Notes: a model not told the origin generated them from the sequence alone. Counted from the first letter of the stretch, positions 1-13,592 are shown. The stretch: 64,000 nucleotides of DNA from Rhizodiscina lignyota (GCA_010015805.1 ML978127.1:806001-870000), one strand, 5' to 3'. Numbers and translations are program-made.

Positions 1-1342
1 TCTGCACGGGCTAAGTCTCCATCTATGGCTTCGTCGCGGTCATGATTTTTGAGCTTGACGTGCTTTGTGTACCAGATTTTCGCGAGCAGAAAATACAGTC
101 CTGCCTGTTCGATGGATTCATCGGAGGTGAAGAGTGGCTGTATCCATTGCGCTGCTTCAGCAAAGCGCTCTTGCATCATGTATATGTCCGCGACACGCTT
201 GCGTAGATGGAATCGCTCAATGAAAGGTCGGTCGCCGCGCTGTTCTAACCTCTCGCCATATATGATAGCTTTAACAACGTTTGGTTCGGTAGCCGAAAGA
301 TTGCCATCATCGAAATCTGTCTCACTCCGTTCGATACAAGCTCGCAATGACCATTCCAATGCCTCGGAAGGATAGTCCTCGCTCCCATTCGTACGACTCC
401 TAATTCGCGAGTGTCCAGCCAGATCATTCATTGCGACTGCCGAATATGAATCGAGATTCTCCTCCAGAATCCTGCTTCTTTCTTCATGTTGTTCGACCCC
501 GCTCTGTACGTCATCTACAGTAGAGAGGCCGTTCGATATCGATCCGGCTTCTAGAGACGACGTCGAGCCACTGCATGAGTAGACCTGTTCCGCAAACTCA
601 ATGCATCTCTTTAAGGACTGTAGGCCGAGAAGCTCTGGGTCGGCGGCCAACTGGGCGTCATGAGTACTTAAATTCTTCTTGCTCAGGCCTGGCGATGTGT
701 TCCCCTGTTGCAAAGTTGTTCCGAGTCTCTGTTTTGACTGAAGATGTTGTTGATCTGGATAGTCTCGCCAGCATGAAATAGCCTCCGCTTTCGTCAGCTC
801 CAGGCGCTTCATTCTCTCCTGAAGATGTTCATTGTCAAGGAATCCAAGCAAATCAAGCGATGTCTGCATAGAAAGAATGTTCATCTGCAGCGACCTTTCA
901 AGTTTCTGAATCGATCTGGCGGATAAGGTATATCGAACACTCTTGGCCACCTTAGATGTAAACTGGATCGGCTCTCCATTCCCTAGCCCTAGGCATTTAC
1001 GGGCCAGGTCCTTGGTTCCCTTTCGGCATGTTTCGCAGACGTCATTAGTGCTTTCCAAGACTCGAGCTTCAAAGGGTGTTATGCCATTCGGTCCTTGAGA
1101 CTCTGCTCGTCGCTGTAGAAGCTGTTTAACGTTCTCAAGGAGAATTGCCAAACTCTTTGACGTGTTGAAAAGAGTTTCCGCCTCTTTTGGTGCGTCTTTA
1201 ATCTCCTTAACTTTTTCGAAAGTCTCCCACAGTTCCTTCGCTGGCCGGTGTTAATGTCCAGAGCTCCAATGAAGCGATCGAGAAAGCACTTACTAATGCT
1301 GAATGCGGCGGAAACCGTCTGAAGTGCAGACACCGGATCCAT
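1..1342 (-). CDS. Partial gene (runs off left edge): fungal N-terminal helical domain followed by a TPR-like helical region
   Basis: ATG at 1342 (MDPVSALQTVSAAFSI). Intron 1293-1241 (GTAAGT...ATTAAC...CAG). The frame then stays open from 1240 to the window edge (TKELWETFEKVKEIKDAPKEAETL...RVADIYMMQERFAEAAQW...LYFLLAKIWY). The ORF track misses it because there is no stop in the window. Confidence 0.7.
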
Positions 1343-2473
1343 AGGGGAGAGTCGTCAAGGTATCATAGGAAGGATCTTGTAGACATCTCAAGGCTCACTC
1401 TAAGCACTACACTGTGCTATATTCATTAGCATGACAAATTTCAGCCCAGATTTCAGCCACATTCATAACTACGCGTCTTCGACACCCGGTTTGCAGTACC
1501 ACGGGAGTAGTGCCAGACGAGACGAGACGGAGAAGGGGGGAGCAGCGCATAGATGTCGGTTGATCATGCCATCTGATCGCTGCACCGCCACAAATGACCG
1601 CACCGGATTCTTGGAAAGCGATACCCAGAACCATTCTCCGCCGTTGGTGATTGATGGCATATGCAGTGTCCCATGGGGTGGCAATATCGAGATTTGAGCA
1701 ACCAATGAAAGTAAGGCTTGGCATGGAGGATTTAGGATAGCGTCAACCCTTTTGTCGATCTCCAGCTCTGCTTCCTTCTATCACCACAAGGCTGATGACG
1801 GGTCGAGCAATGCTGATGATTCGCCTAAAGGATGGCCAAGGCAGACTCACGTCCTACTGTAATATGCAAGCCACATTCTCCGCTTTACGCCCGACAGAAT
1901 ATCCTAGAGACTTACGTCATTATTCGATCCTCCTTGCGTGGCCTGTCGTTGCTTTTCCATACCCAGAGCGTGGATTTTGCTTTCAGCATGCAGGTCTCCA
2001 TGTAGGATTCATTGCTAAGGTGTCATGCGTGTGCCAATCACCGCTGAAATTGTCGGGAACCTCCGAGGCAACAGTGCTGACATGAATGTAGCTCCTCGTC
2101 TGGCTGCAGAATAATGCAAAAGCCTAGTCACTAACAGGTTTTGCAAAATCCTACATCGAGATCGAGGTCTGATGCAGGAAAGCTTTTCAGTGTGCAAAGA
2201 TTCTCCCGTAATTCCAGCACACTGTGTAAGGCTGGTGTCTGCCTTCCGATTATTGGAAGGTAAACCATGGCCGTGAGGAGTCTTACTATACTTCTCTCTC
2301 GAAATTCATCCGGAGTAGTGTGATAATTTCTCTCTTCCTGTTTTGATTTATTAATCAAGCGTATATCTTTCTTCCTCTCTTCTCGACTTGTAGGTTTAGT
2401 AAAGACGTAGGAAGTAAGACCCTTGCGTCATGTTCAAGGTTGTCACCAATGCTCACCAGATCTACAGAAAATC

Positions 2474-5041
2474 ATGGCCAGCGCTAATCGTAACCGTTGG
2501 GTGAGCTTGGAGAATAATGAGAGCTGCGAGTAAGCTATGGAGAGATTAATGATACGCTTTTCTGACGGAGTCTAGAATCGACAACCCGTTGGCCCATCTG
2601 TCGCTCCGCCAGCTTTACCAACTTGCAGAAGACTTCGCGATCAAAGCCAACCCAGACTCGCCAGATCATCGTTTGTGGAAAGTGGCGGCTCTCGTTGCGC
2701 GCTACCAGAATAACCCCACGAGGCGTCGAGGCCTAACAGATAGCGAGAAAGCATCTCTCGAATTCACAAGGAAAGCTGGATTCTGGAGCCAACCAAAAGC
2801 TCTTCGTATCACCATTGTAGTCCTGAGTATCGCAGCTGTTATCCAGGGATGGGTACAGACGGGTCTCAATGGCGCCAATCCACACTGGCCCTCAAACTTG
2901 CACGTTACCGAAGGAGACCAGATCCCGCAAACTCCTCGACAGGTGTGGATATACTCTGGTGTAAATGCTGCGATGTATTTTTCCGCCAGTCTCTTCGGCT
3001 GCTGGGTATCGGACCCAGTACAGTCGTTGATATTGGGCCGAAGGGGTGCCATAATTCTCTCGGCTTGTCTTTGTATCGCTGGAGCTATTGGCTCGGCTTG
3101 TTCCAGGACGTGGCCACAATTGCTTGGATGTAGAGTCGTCCTTGGTGCAGCGATGGGAGCCAAAGCCGCCGTAACTCCAATTTTTGGTGCTGAAGTCTCA
3201 CCGAAACATCTGAGGTAATGTCGATGTGCTCATGAACTACGCTCTCCGGCTTGTGTTTCTGACGTCTGTGACAAAAGGGGTGCCCTTGTCATGAATTGGC
3301 AATTATTCGTCGCTCTTGGAGTATTCCTTGGGTTTACTGCAAACCTTATCTTCTCACACAGCGGCCCTCCGAGCTGGCGATATCAGCTCGCATCAGCCTC
3401 ATTGCCTGCGGTGTGCCTTCTCTCGCTGGTATGGACTATTCCAGAATCACCACGTTGGCTGCTAAAGAAAGGTCGTTACTCAGATGCCTTTGCATCTCTT
3501 GTCGCTCTTCGACCAACACCATTACAAGCCGCTGCCGAGCTCTTTTATGCCAACGCACAGATTCAGGTAGAAGTCAGATTGCGTCGATCGAGAGGCAGGG
3601 ATCCAGAAAAGCTAGATCAAGACCCGCCCGGTCGCAGCTCACGGTCGTTCCAAAGTGACAGAGCTCAATCGAACGGCAGTTCATCTCACCAGGAGAAAAG
3701 AAGAACAGAAGACAATAAAGGCGACAAAAGAAAAAGCCGCGACCTTGGATGCCTTCCACCACACAAACGCATCCGGAAAATGATCAACTTTGTCACAGAT
3801 GAGAGGGACGACGCTGATCTCGACCAATTCCAACTCTGTGCCAAGTCTACCTTCTGGTTCACTCGTATCCGGCAGCTCTTCTGCGTGTCGCGCATCAGGC
3901 GTGCCACTGTCGCGGCGCTCGTAATCCATATTGCCCAACAGCTTTGTGGCATGTATGTACTTCCCCTTGCCGTAGGTTTGCTAAGCTGACTGGTGCCAGA
4001 AACGTCTTGCAGTTCTACAGCTCTACGTTCTTCCAAGATCCGACTGCGATATCACAGCCAGTGCGCGGCTTGTGGTTCAGCTGGGGTCTTGGGCTAGCGA
4101 ATTTTATCTTTACATTTCCCATCTACTATTTCATTGACAAACGAGGACGCCGATTCCTGCTCCTCGCTTCGTATCCTGGAATGATCATCTCCTTGCTGGC
4201 GGCTTCGCTGTCATATAATATAGATGATTCTGGACAGCGTCTCGCAGTTGTTATCTTTTGGATGTTTGCCTTCGTATTTTTCTATTCCTGGGGCCAAGGA
4301 CCTGGTATGTCCCGACAGAGCCTGATGACCAATTGATCTGATTGAATATAGTACCATTCGCATATTCCTCGGAGATCTTCCCACTTCTCAATCGCGAAGC
4401 AGGCATGAGCTTTTCTGTCTTCGTGAACCTTACAGGCGCTGGTGAGCTTCTACCTTCTTCTATGATATCCGATCTTCGGCATCCAATCATGCGAGGATAC
4501 TAATACCATATCCAATGTAGGCGTCCTCGCCCTCGTAGTTCCGAGACTCACACAAGTACTGTCCGATGATTCTTCGACGCATTACAATCCAAACGATTAC
4601 AACGTCGGTCAATCTCGACTCCTCGCGGTATTCACGGGCCTCAACGTTCTAGCTCTGATCCTCATCTTCTTCTTCGTCCCTGAAACAGCCGGCGCGAGTC
4701 TGGGTCTGGACGAATCAAATACCTTGAGGTACATATCGCTCGAGGAACTCAACTGGATATTCAGCGTCAGGACACGTAAGCACATTGATTACCAGCTGCG
4801 CTACATGATCCCATGGGCGTGGAAAATCCTAATTTGGAAATGGAGGCATTATGTGCTACGGAAGAGGGAGGAAACGAGGCCGGATGATCCAGAAGAGCCG
4901 TATATCTGGGTTGTCAACGAACAAATCGAAGAGTTGAATGAAGAACGGGAAGAAGGGGCAGCGGAGAGTGGAATTTCCCACAAGGCAAGCGCGAGTGAGC
5001 GTAATGAACGAGTCCTTGACGATAGGCATGCCTCTTCATAG
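2474..5041 (+). CDS. MFS sugar/polyol porter (Sugar_tr family), multi-exon
   Basis: Motifs LGRRGAI, AEVSPKHLRG, PESPRWL, QQLCG-N, IDKRGRRFLLL and FFVPET are spread over ORFs 2589-3218, 3291-3989, 3944-4336 and 4724-5041, joined by GT-AG introns. First exon ATG at 2474, first intron 2530-2575. Confidence 0.9.
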
Positions 5042-5277
5042 TTTTGACACCGACAAACCATGGATGGAGGGCCTCTGGGCAGGCTATATAATTATGAATG
5101 TTTCCTTGTGCCGAAGTTAACTTCGTTTCAGCAGGTCTCGTATGTCTAACTATGGCTTCATTCATTTTTCTCCTCGTCCGTTTTATGATATTGCGTTCGA
5201 AAGCCACCGAATGGCTTCATTCTATTTCCATATCTTGAATCTGTAGATCAAAACATGTACATGCTTCGTGGTTTGAA

Positions 5278-7279
5278 CTATTTCAAGTCGAATCTCTTGT
5301 CGTCCGGGGTAACATGCACAGTATCCACTGCCTTCCCATTGTCTTGAAGCAGCAAGGTATCAGAACGGTCGGAGGTCCTGTCTTCTGCTTCTCCTTCGGC
5401 GTTGTACTTGGATCGTGTTTCCCAGATCTGAAGTTGCCGGGTTGCAATGGCGGCCACAATCAGGATAGCCGAGATTATCGTAACAGCAATATAGCCCTTG
5501 TGGTATTTCGGAGCCTCGACCTGCTGCCAGACGATCAGAGGTAACCAAGCTTGGAACACATATGCCATTTCGTTCATGGAACCGATGACGATTGCACGCT
5601 CTTCATTATCCTCTGCGCAAATCTCGTGAGCCCACCTGATGCATTAGTTAGCGTGAGCAGCAAACGCAAAGAGATCATTGCATGCAACGTGGATACTAAC
5701 GCCATGCACAAGCCGCTGAGACCCCCGCCGCATCCAGCAAGTATGAAACATGCCCATTTCCAACCTGTGGGAATATCCCAAATAGCAAGCGAGATGTAGC
5801 AGATAATGTTCATCACACCACCAAAGATTATTGGCGGCCATCTAGCTCCCCTGAGGATAGAATCGGATGTCCCTATTGAAGAGTTTAGTGGATTGCAAAG
5901 ACGAAGTGATTGAGCCGGCGTACAAGCATATATCAATGTCGTCACCACCTGGACGCCGGACGTGGAGGTCGGATATGTGTTTATTTGGCTGACTGTGTAT
6001 TTTGGATTCGTCGAGTCCTTCAACCACCTGGATACCTTGAGTAGCTGAGTTAAGCGAAGGGACCACTGGTGCTTACTGTTGGAAGACGGGTTGCCCAGAC
6101 GCATTCCCATTATTGAAAGTCCTTCACATAGTATTAGCACGGTGCTTCCAAGATCCTAAACCCATTGTATCAGAACCGAGACGCACACGTATAAGAGCGT
6201 AAGCAGGTATATATGCCAAGAGCTCATGATTTTCTTGACCTTTGTCCAAGTATAAGGCGCCCTGTTCTTCCGTCCTTCCAGTTCCATCCTCTTCCGGGCA
6301 AATGCCACCTCCTGTTCTCATGTCAATATTACCACAAGCAATGACGGAGATGCTGTACTGGCCTCTTTCGAAAGATACCAGGGGTTAGATATTTCCGGCA
6401 CATCAGGCAAGACGATATACCCGAGTAGAGCGATTGGAAGAGATATGATGCCGTCGACGAGAAACAGCCTGTATGTCTGGTCATCCCGCTGAGAGTCTTC
6501 CGAGCCGAGCTCATGGACTTACCACTGCCATCCTTTAAAGCCTGCCTTCCCACCAAGGCTGTACACGCCTGCCATCAAGTAGCCAGAGAACATCGTACCG
6601 ATGGCACTGCTAGTGTGGAAAATACACGATCGTTTCGCGAGTTCGTCCTTTCGATACCAGGAGCCGATAATATACCTGCGTAGATAGATCAATTGCAAAT
6701 ACAAGTCTGTGTTTTCAAGAGACGTACTGCATTCCAGGATAGAATGTACTCTCAGCGAGCCCGATGAAGAACCGAAGGACGTAGAACTGGGTAGCGGTAT
6801 TGCAGCGAGATAGAGAGAATGTCAGGATAGCCCAGATGACTTCCATGGTCGGAATCCAATATCTCGGACGCACGCGAGTGAGTATGATGTTGCTTGGGAT
6901 CTCTCCAATCACGTAGCCCTAAATTACGCCGCGTAAATTAGCAAATTGGCAACAGTTTTAGCCTCATATTTCGTAGTACCACAGTCCAGCATGTCTGCAT
7001 GTAGTTGAGCTGGTTGCCGTAAAGTCCAAGGTCTTCTTTCATCCCCGACACAAACGCATTGTTGATGTTTATCTGATCTAGGTATTTGATGAAGTAGCCG
7101 AGGGACGCGAAAGTAAGAAGAGCAGCATCGATTTTGAACAGGAAGCGACGTTCCTCTGGGCTCTTGTCGAAGGTGTCCCAGAAGTAACTGACCCATCGTC
7201 GCTTGACCTTCTCCTGCACAACCTGGGCAGCTTTCGAGTCTGCTTCCTGTTCGCGGTCGATAGAAGCTGTAGTAGACAT
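5278..7279 (-). CDS. MFS transporter, anion:cation symporter family (Seo1/Fen2/Liz1-like), multi-exon
   Basis: [89 protein letters not shown] at 7279, stop at 5278. Confidence 0.9.
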
Positions 7280-8108
7280 ATTCGAAATTATCAATTTAGT
7301 GCTAAAACTGAGCCGATTACTCAAGTTGAATGGGCTTGAGGAAGAACTGGTAGAGGGCTACCGAACTGACAAAATGAATCAGGTCCTACCATGTTCTTGT
7401 GATGCTAAAATAACGTTAGAGGCAAATATGCAAGCTCTATGAGCGGCTCCTAGAGCCAATTAGGAGAACGCTTCAGAGATAACACCTGCCGAAGAAGGTC
7501 AGTTGCAAGGAGAAGCCTTCGGTCAAGTATGCCCTTGGGCTAGAGTCCGCAGCTAAGGCAGCGTCCTATTGCTCTGAAGAAAATTTGGCCAATGGTATAA
7601 AGTTTAGAATATGGCGTGCTCCGATACAACTGCGACGTCGAGAGTTCTATGGTTGCATCTTCACAGCTCGACATCTTTCCCCTCTCTTGCGTAATGATCG
7701 TAGAGCGGATCTGGCTTTGGCTGGAGCAGATAAGGATCATGCCGCCGGAAAACCCTGGATTGTGGAGATACGGGAATCATAGCAGAATAGGTTTAAGAGC
7801 ATGATATTGAACGGTGCTGTGGTTGTGAGCCTACAGAGTCGTCATGCAGGGTTTATGTTGCGTGCTCTATCTGTAGAGCGGAGGCCAGCTTGGCCAACCA
7901 TGCACTACCGGCACGATTTCTAACATTGAACTTTTTGTATGTTGTTTGATTTAAAGTGTGAAGTTATAGCGGTCGAGAACGAAGATTTGGATGGGTGCAG
8001 ATGATGAGAAGACGGCAGTTCACTGTTTGATAGGAGAACCGTTGGGCTAAACTTAATACGGAATAGCGTTATTTTGAAGTCTGTGCTGTGCTATCTGAAT
8101 TCTGCACC

Positions 8109-9805
8109 TCAATCTGTACAGTTGAGAACGGAAAGTTCTACAGAACCATTTGCTACATCACCGTTACCAGCGAACAGCTTCTGCATCAACGCGATCTGTT
8201 CCTTTTTCGCCTCATGCCATTCCGCAGAATGACCTTGGACTTCCTCGAAGCCTCTTTGAACCATATCATTGTTGATCCACTCCAAGAGTTCAGCGACATA
8301 TTGAACCTCTTCGCCTCTTATTGAATGAAATCGCTTCCCCGATCCCTTTTTCTGAAGCCTCTCTTGGTACTCCTGCCGCATCGCCTCCTTCGGTGGTAGC
8401 GTGGCTTTCTCGGAAAGAACTGCTGCCACTGCAATGGCTTGGTATTCGAAGAGAGTGAACGTGGCACTGAAGTATGGTACGCCGATGAAAATCAACGATG
8501 GGTCCGGAATGTAGAAGATATCTTTGTGTAAGTTGTGGAGTTGTGTCCCATCTGTCACAAGCACCGTTTCGTTGGCCTTCGCTGCTGGAATATCGTCATC
8601 ATGGTACTGCTGAAGAAACGGCAGAGTGATATGATAACCGGTGCAAAGAAGGATGGTATGTATGTTGCATATTTTTCTACCATCAACAAGAAGAATCGTC
8701 AAAGGGAGATTCTCGGTGTCCATTAAGGGTTCGTGCTGATCATCGTCGAGATCTTCACTACTTATTTGGCAAGCAGCGATTTCGCAGACTCGAATACCGT
8801 TCGCCGGAAGCATGGTTGCTGGGAATTCAAAGAATCCATCACGAGAAGATTGATACACCTTGTTGGCGACAGGCCCAAGTTCTCGCGCGATATCTATTGA
8901 TGAAGTTCCAGCGCCAACCAGCAGTACATTCTGTGCGGTCCATTGGTTACCGAAAATCAGCATTAAGAATCAGACAAAGTACCTTTCCCTGAAATTGCTT
9001 GGGGCTTCTATAACCTTTGCTATGCCAAATGCGGTCGGGCCATCTCCTTTTCGACTCCTTCAAGCCGAGAATATCAGGCACCCTCGGTGCGTGATAGTGG
9101 CCCGATGCAACGATGACAGAGTCAAAGCCCTGCTAAAGTCAGCCCAGGAATCGCATCGCATCGCATCGCACAAGACACACAGTCTGCTTCTTCTCTTCAG
9201 GCCTTGTCCCAATCACCGAGTCTCTTCGCAACTTGATATATGTCAAATCCCAAAGTCCATTAGTCTTTCTTAAGTCGGTTACTCGTGCGCCATAATTCGT
9301 GAACTGATCAAGTCCTTCCTGTTTCGCTATCGTTTGAATGTAGTCTTTAAGCATGTGGTGAGACACATAGTCTTCGGTACCAGGAGGCCAAGCGGAAAGC
9401 TTTGTTCGCATGAGTCGTGTTGCAACATTATTCTTTAGACCAAAATAACACGGGCTGTTCTATGAACGACATATCAGCTATCACCGAGCGGCGAATTCGG
9501 CACTTCTCCGACCTTGGTGGTGCATGTTCCAGTTCTGGCGATGTATGTGACGGATAATCTTCGCCTCTGGATGCTCGTATTGCTGGATAGAGTGGCTCTA
9601 TGGGACGGCGCTCGTCGAAGACCCTGTAAGCTTCAGTAAGTAACTTCTTTATGCTTCAAGAACATCTCACATACCAGACACCGCCGGCTTCAGATGATCT
9701 TTCGTAAATCTCCACATCAATACCAGCAGCTTTTAAATAAGCGGCGGCGAGCACTCCACTCACGCCAGCGCCAATTACAGCGACTCGAACTTTACGACGA
9801 ACCAT
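8109..9805 (-). CDS. Flavin-containing monooxygenase (class B, FMO/Fmo1-like), 4 introns
   Basis: FAD Rossmann motif VAVIGAGVSG, ERSSEAGGVW, VASGHYHAP, FMO-like signature RIWHSKGY, NADPH motif LLVGAGTSSIDIA, and CTGY. Introns have GT...AG and branch sites. Confidence 0.92.
9151..9170. repeat. (TCGCA) x4 microsatellite inside an FMO intron
   Basis: tcgcatcgcatcgcatcgca seen directly. Confidence 0.8.
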
Positions 9806-10406
9806 CTGTCTGGAGTGAAAACAGAGTCTTTGCCAGAACAACGAATAGCGAAGCGACGAAATAGATAAAGAATTCAGATCTAAAAATAATTCAGAAAACT
9901 GAAGAGAATAATTCAAGCAGAGAAGAGTAGCCCATTCCGGTAATTCCTTGAGACAAGTACCGGAGCGATGTCTGACGAGAGATTAGCAAGCACATTTGGC
10001 GGCCGCAACAGAAAGAAAAGCATCTATTGGATGAATTGGTCCGGATACGGAAATTCGTGTAGTGAAGGTGTTCATAGACAATTGTAGCTTAGGCTGATGT
10101 CGCAATATATGTATGCATCGCGACATGACCTTGATCGACAGGGTACTCAATCTCTACCCCACAAAACTCTCCACGTCTCTTGGACAGAGATAGCGTTGGA
10201 AGTGATGAGAAATTGTTGAACAGAGAACTCCGCGCCGATTAAGCGGCGCGCACCATTGATGCATCGCATGATGCGATCAACGTGTTCGACGCTTCTTTGG
10301 TCGATCGTCAATGAGGAGAACCTGAGACCAAGTGTATATCTTGAGAGCTGCTGAGTTCTTCGATTTCTCATATTGTGAGATTGATCTTTCAGTGATTGCA
10401 ACCATC

Positions 10407-11717
10407 ATGGCACCTATTGCGATCGAACCAATTGACCCGGCCATCAAAGACGTGGTGGTCCCGAAGAAGGATTCTTTGGGCCTCCCTCCAAATACGAGAG
10501 CTCGGTTTGAAAAGGCGGGAATCGATCTATCCGGTGGATACCCATATCGACCAGCTAGACCACTATACCTCGATGATGTGTACAACATAAGAGATAAGGA
10601 TCGTCCGCATGTAGATCCAGGTTCGCGAGCGGACCCTGAAAAGAAGGCATTATTTGGTGCAGCAAAAGAGGTCATCAACCTTACTTCCCACATTGGCACT
10701 GAGATTGTCGGACTGCAGCTCAAAGACTTGACAGACCAGCAGAAGGACGAGCTTGGGTTGTTAATTGCTGAAAGGAGTGTCGTGTTCTTCCGGGACCAAG
10801 ATCTTTCTCCACAACAGCAGAAAGCACTCGGCGAACACTATGGAGAGGTAGAAGTCCATGTGAGTATCCCGAACATCCAAAAATGTAGAAATGCTCATTT
10901 CGTTGCGAAGCCGCAAGCTCCACAAGTACCTGGCGTTCCCGGTGTATCAGTAATTTGGCCAGCTCTACAAGCGACAGAGCGTGCAGCACATTTCCGCAAG
11001 CCTGGCGGAGCTTCGCGATGGCATTCGGATTTAGTCCATGAGAGACAGCCGGCTGGTGTAACACATCTGCACAATGATACTATCCCAACAATTGGAGGAG
11101 ATACGCTTTGGGCGAGCGGCTACGCAGCCTACGAAAAGTGAGTTGCCATAATACGTTGCGAGAAGGCTGAAATGTTCTGATTTGCTCCAAACAATATAGG
11201 CTGTCCCCGGAGTTCCGTAAGATCATCGACGGTAGAACTGCAATCTATCGCTCGGCACATCCATACCTTGACAGGAACAATCCAGAAGCTGGACCAAAAT
11301 ATGTCGAGAGGGAACATCCTCTTGTGCGTGTTCACCCCGCAACCGGATGGAAGGCACTATGGGTCAATCGTGCTATGACCGATCGCATCGTTGGTCTCGA
11401 TAAAGCTGAGAGCGATGTCATTCTTGGATATCTTTACGATGTGTTCGAGAAAAGTGTTGATATCCAGGTCCGGTTTAAATGGACGCCTCGGACAAGCGCC
11501 CTGTGGGATAACAGGTGAGTTGAGGGAACAGGTCCAGATTCATGAAATTAGACTAACCATGGCTAGGATAACTATCCATAATGCTAGTTGGGACTATGAA
11601 GGCAACGAGCCACGACACGGCACCAGAGTCACTTCCCTTGCCGAGAAGCCTTACTTCGACGCCAATGCACCAACCAGACGACAGGCATTAGGCCTCGTAA
11701 GCCCCGGCGAACTCTGA
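10407..11717 (+). CDS. TauD/TfdA-family Fe(II)/2-oxoglutarate dioxygenase (sulfonate dioxygenase, Jlp1-like)
   Basis: IGTEIVGLQL, AERSVVFFRDQ, WHSD (HxD), GGDTLWASGY, HPLVRVHP, LWDNR, TIHNA, RHGTRVT. Three introns. Confidence 0.93.
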
Positions 11718-12105
11718 GCGTAACGGATCCTGCTGTATCCTAGGCTTTGTGGAGGAAGCTGCGTGTTCACTTTATTTCTGTGTTTATAGAAATGAATGCC
11801 ATCTCAATCTCGGAGGTAATCTTTGTGACGTTTGACACTTGATAACGCTTTTGTCATCGCGTAATTTATTCGGACTCCTGAAATTTGTGATGTGAGAGCT
11901 TTTGGGCATGGATCATATTCGTATTGGGTAAGTTGTGTTTTTGACAGGTTTCTGCGTGATGAGAGCAAACTCAAAATTTCTCCGAACGGAAGGTTCACCG
12001 TGCGCAAGCGGTACACCGTACCGCTAATTTCCAAGAGCTATTTTTAGAAATACTATAACTCGGCGGACAATATCCTTGTTACGAAAAGGACTGGATTCTC
12101 TCCCT

Positions 12106-13451
12106 TTACCAAACTGAATCAAGTCCATTGACACCCTTTGGGCTCTCTCCTAAAGTGGTGATGCGGAATCCATGTCTCAGACCCTCACCTTCATTGTTGA
12201 CATCATAGTCTGAGATGGCTGTATGCGCCGTGACCCTATTATCCCAAAGCGATACTGTTCTGTCGTCCCACTTAATTCTCACTTGGAAGTCCTGTCCTTG
12301 GGAAATGTGCTGCTGGAGTATTAATGATCGATGGTCCTCGCTGATGCGGACTGCTCCTTGCGGCAGAATGAACTTACCCTGAAAAGCAACTGAAGAATCG
12401 CATCTGACTCCTCATCTTTCAGACCGATGATGCGTCTCGTGAATCCTGGGTTAATGAAAAGTGCCTTTTGGCCGGTAGCCTAAATTGTATCAGCCTTCAG
12501 AATCTTTCCACTCTTACTGCAATTTGGGGCCTGCTCACAGGATGCACTCGCACAATGGGATGCTCCGACAAGACTGGTTCTCGACGAACAAATTTTCCAT
12601 CACGTCTCGCATTCTCAGCCTGCCGGAAACCACTATGCTCGGCGCGTAGTCCCTCGACCAGCTTCTTGATAGGCTCAGAGAGTCTCTCGTACGCGACGAC
12701 CTGCGAAGCCCAGCCGGTATCGCCTCCAGTTGATGGCACTTCCAACAGAGTCAGTATTGTGATGGCCGGCGGCTGGTGCTCGTAGGACACATCGGAATGA
12801 TATCCGGTTGTCGTTAACTTTGTTGAACGCTGCTGTGCTCGGTACAGATTGTCGGGACCGAGATATATACTGTGGAATTCGATATGATCTTTGACATGCG
12901 CGCCGACAGGCTTGTGGAAAGTCAGTTAGCGCTCGTTTCCCACAAGCATGACCGGAACGAATGTGGATAGCTCACATGAACGTGAAGTCTTCCAAAGTAT
13001 GACCCGAACTCCTTTTGCTTCTGCGGTCCAATATCCTTGAAATCCTGATTCCGGAAGACGACGACGCCTCGCTCTGCAATTAACAAAGCAAGCTCATTCT
13101 TTTGCGCATCAGTCAGCTGGGACAGCTGCAGACCTTCTATTTCAGTGCCAATGCGTGGAGTCAACTTCTTGATCGAAGCATTGCTGTTGAAGAGATTAGG
13201 TTTCTCTTTGTCGGCATCTAAGCCCCGATCGTGGAAGTCGAAAGGTTCTGTGGGAGGAAACTTTGTAGTCGTATCATATACGGGTAAGTAGTCATTGTAC
13301 TTGGACTAAGCATTCAGTCAATTACGTGTACCTTCCTGTGAGAGGAAGATTACAAGTGACGTACCCCTTGATGAACAGAATCATCATATGCAACTTGAAT
13401 TGTCCCTGCCACATTATTGGTTGTGGTCTTTGTTGTCGTTGTCGTTGCCAT
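12106..13451 (-). CDS. Second TauD-family Fe(II)/2OG dioxygenase
   Basis: TPRIGTEIEGLQL, AERGVVVFRNQ, YHSDVSYEHQPP, GGDTGWASQ, HPIVRVHP, WDNRVTAHTA, RHGFRITT. ATG at 13451, TAA at 12106-12108. Several introns. Confidence 0.92.
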
Positions 13452-13592
13452 TGCGAAAGAGACTTGTTGTGTAAGATGTTCAGTGAACTTCAGTAAGGGA
13501 TTTAAAAGATCAATTGGACTACTTAATATAAAGATGAAAAGAGACAGAGACTTATACAATACCCACGGAATCTCACAGCATAGCTCCCCTAG

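Noticed and set aside
1407..2358. Cluster of short ORFs between the first two genes
   Set aside because: No motifs or consistent splice pattern. This is the divergent promoter region.
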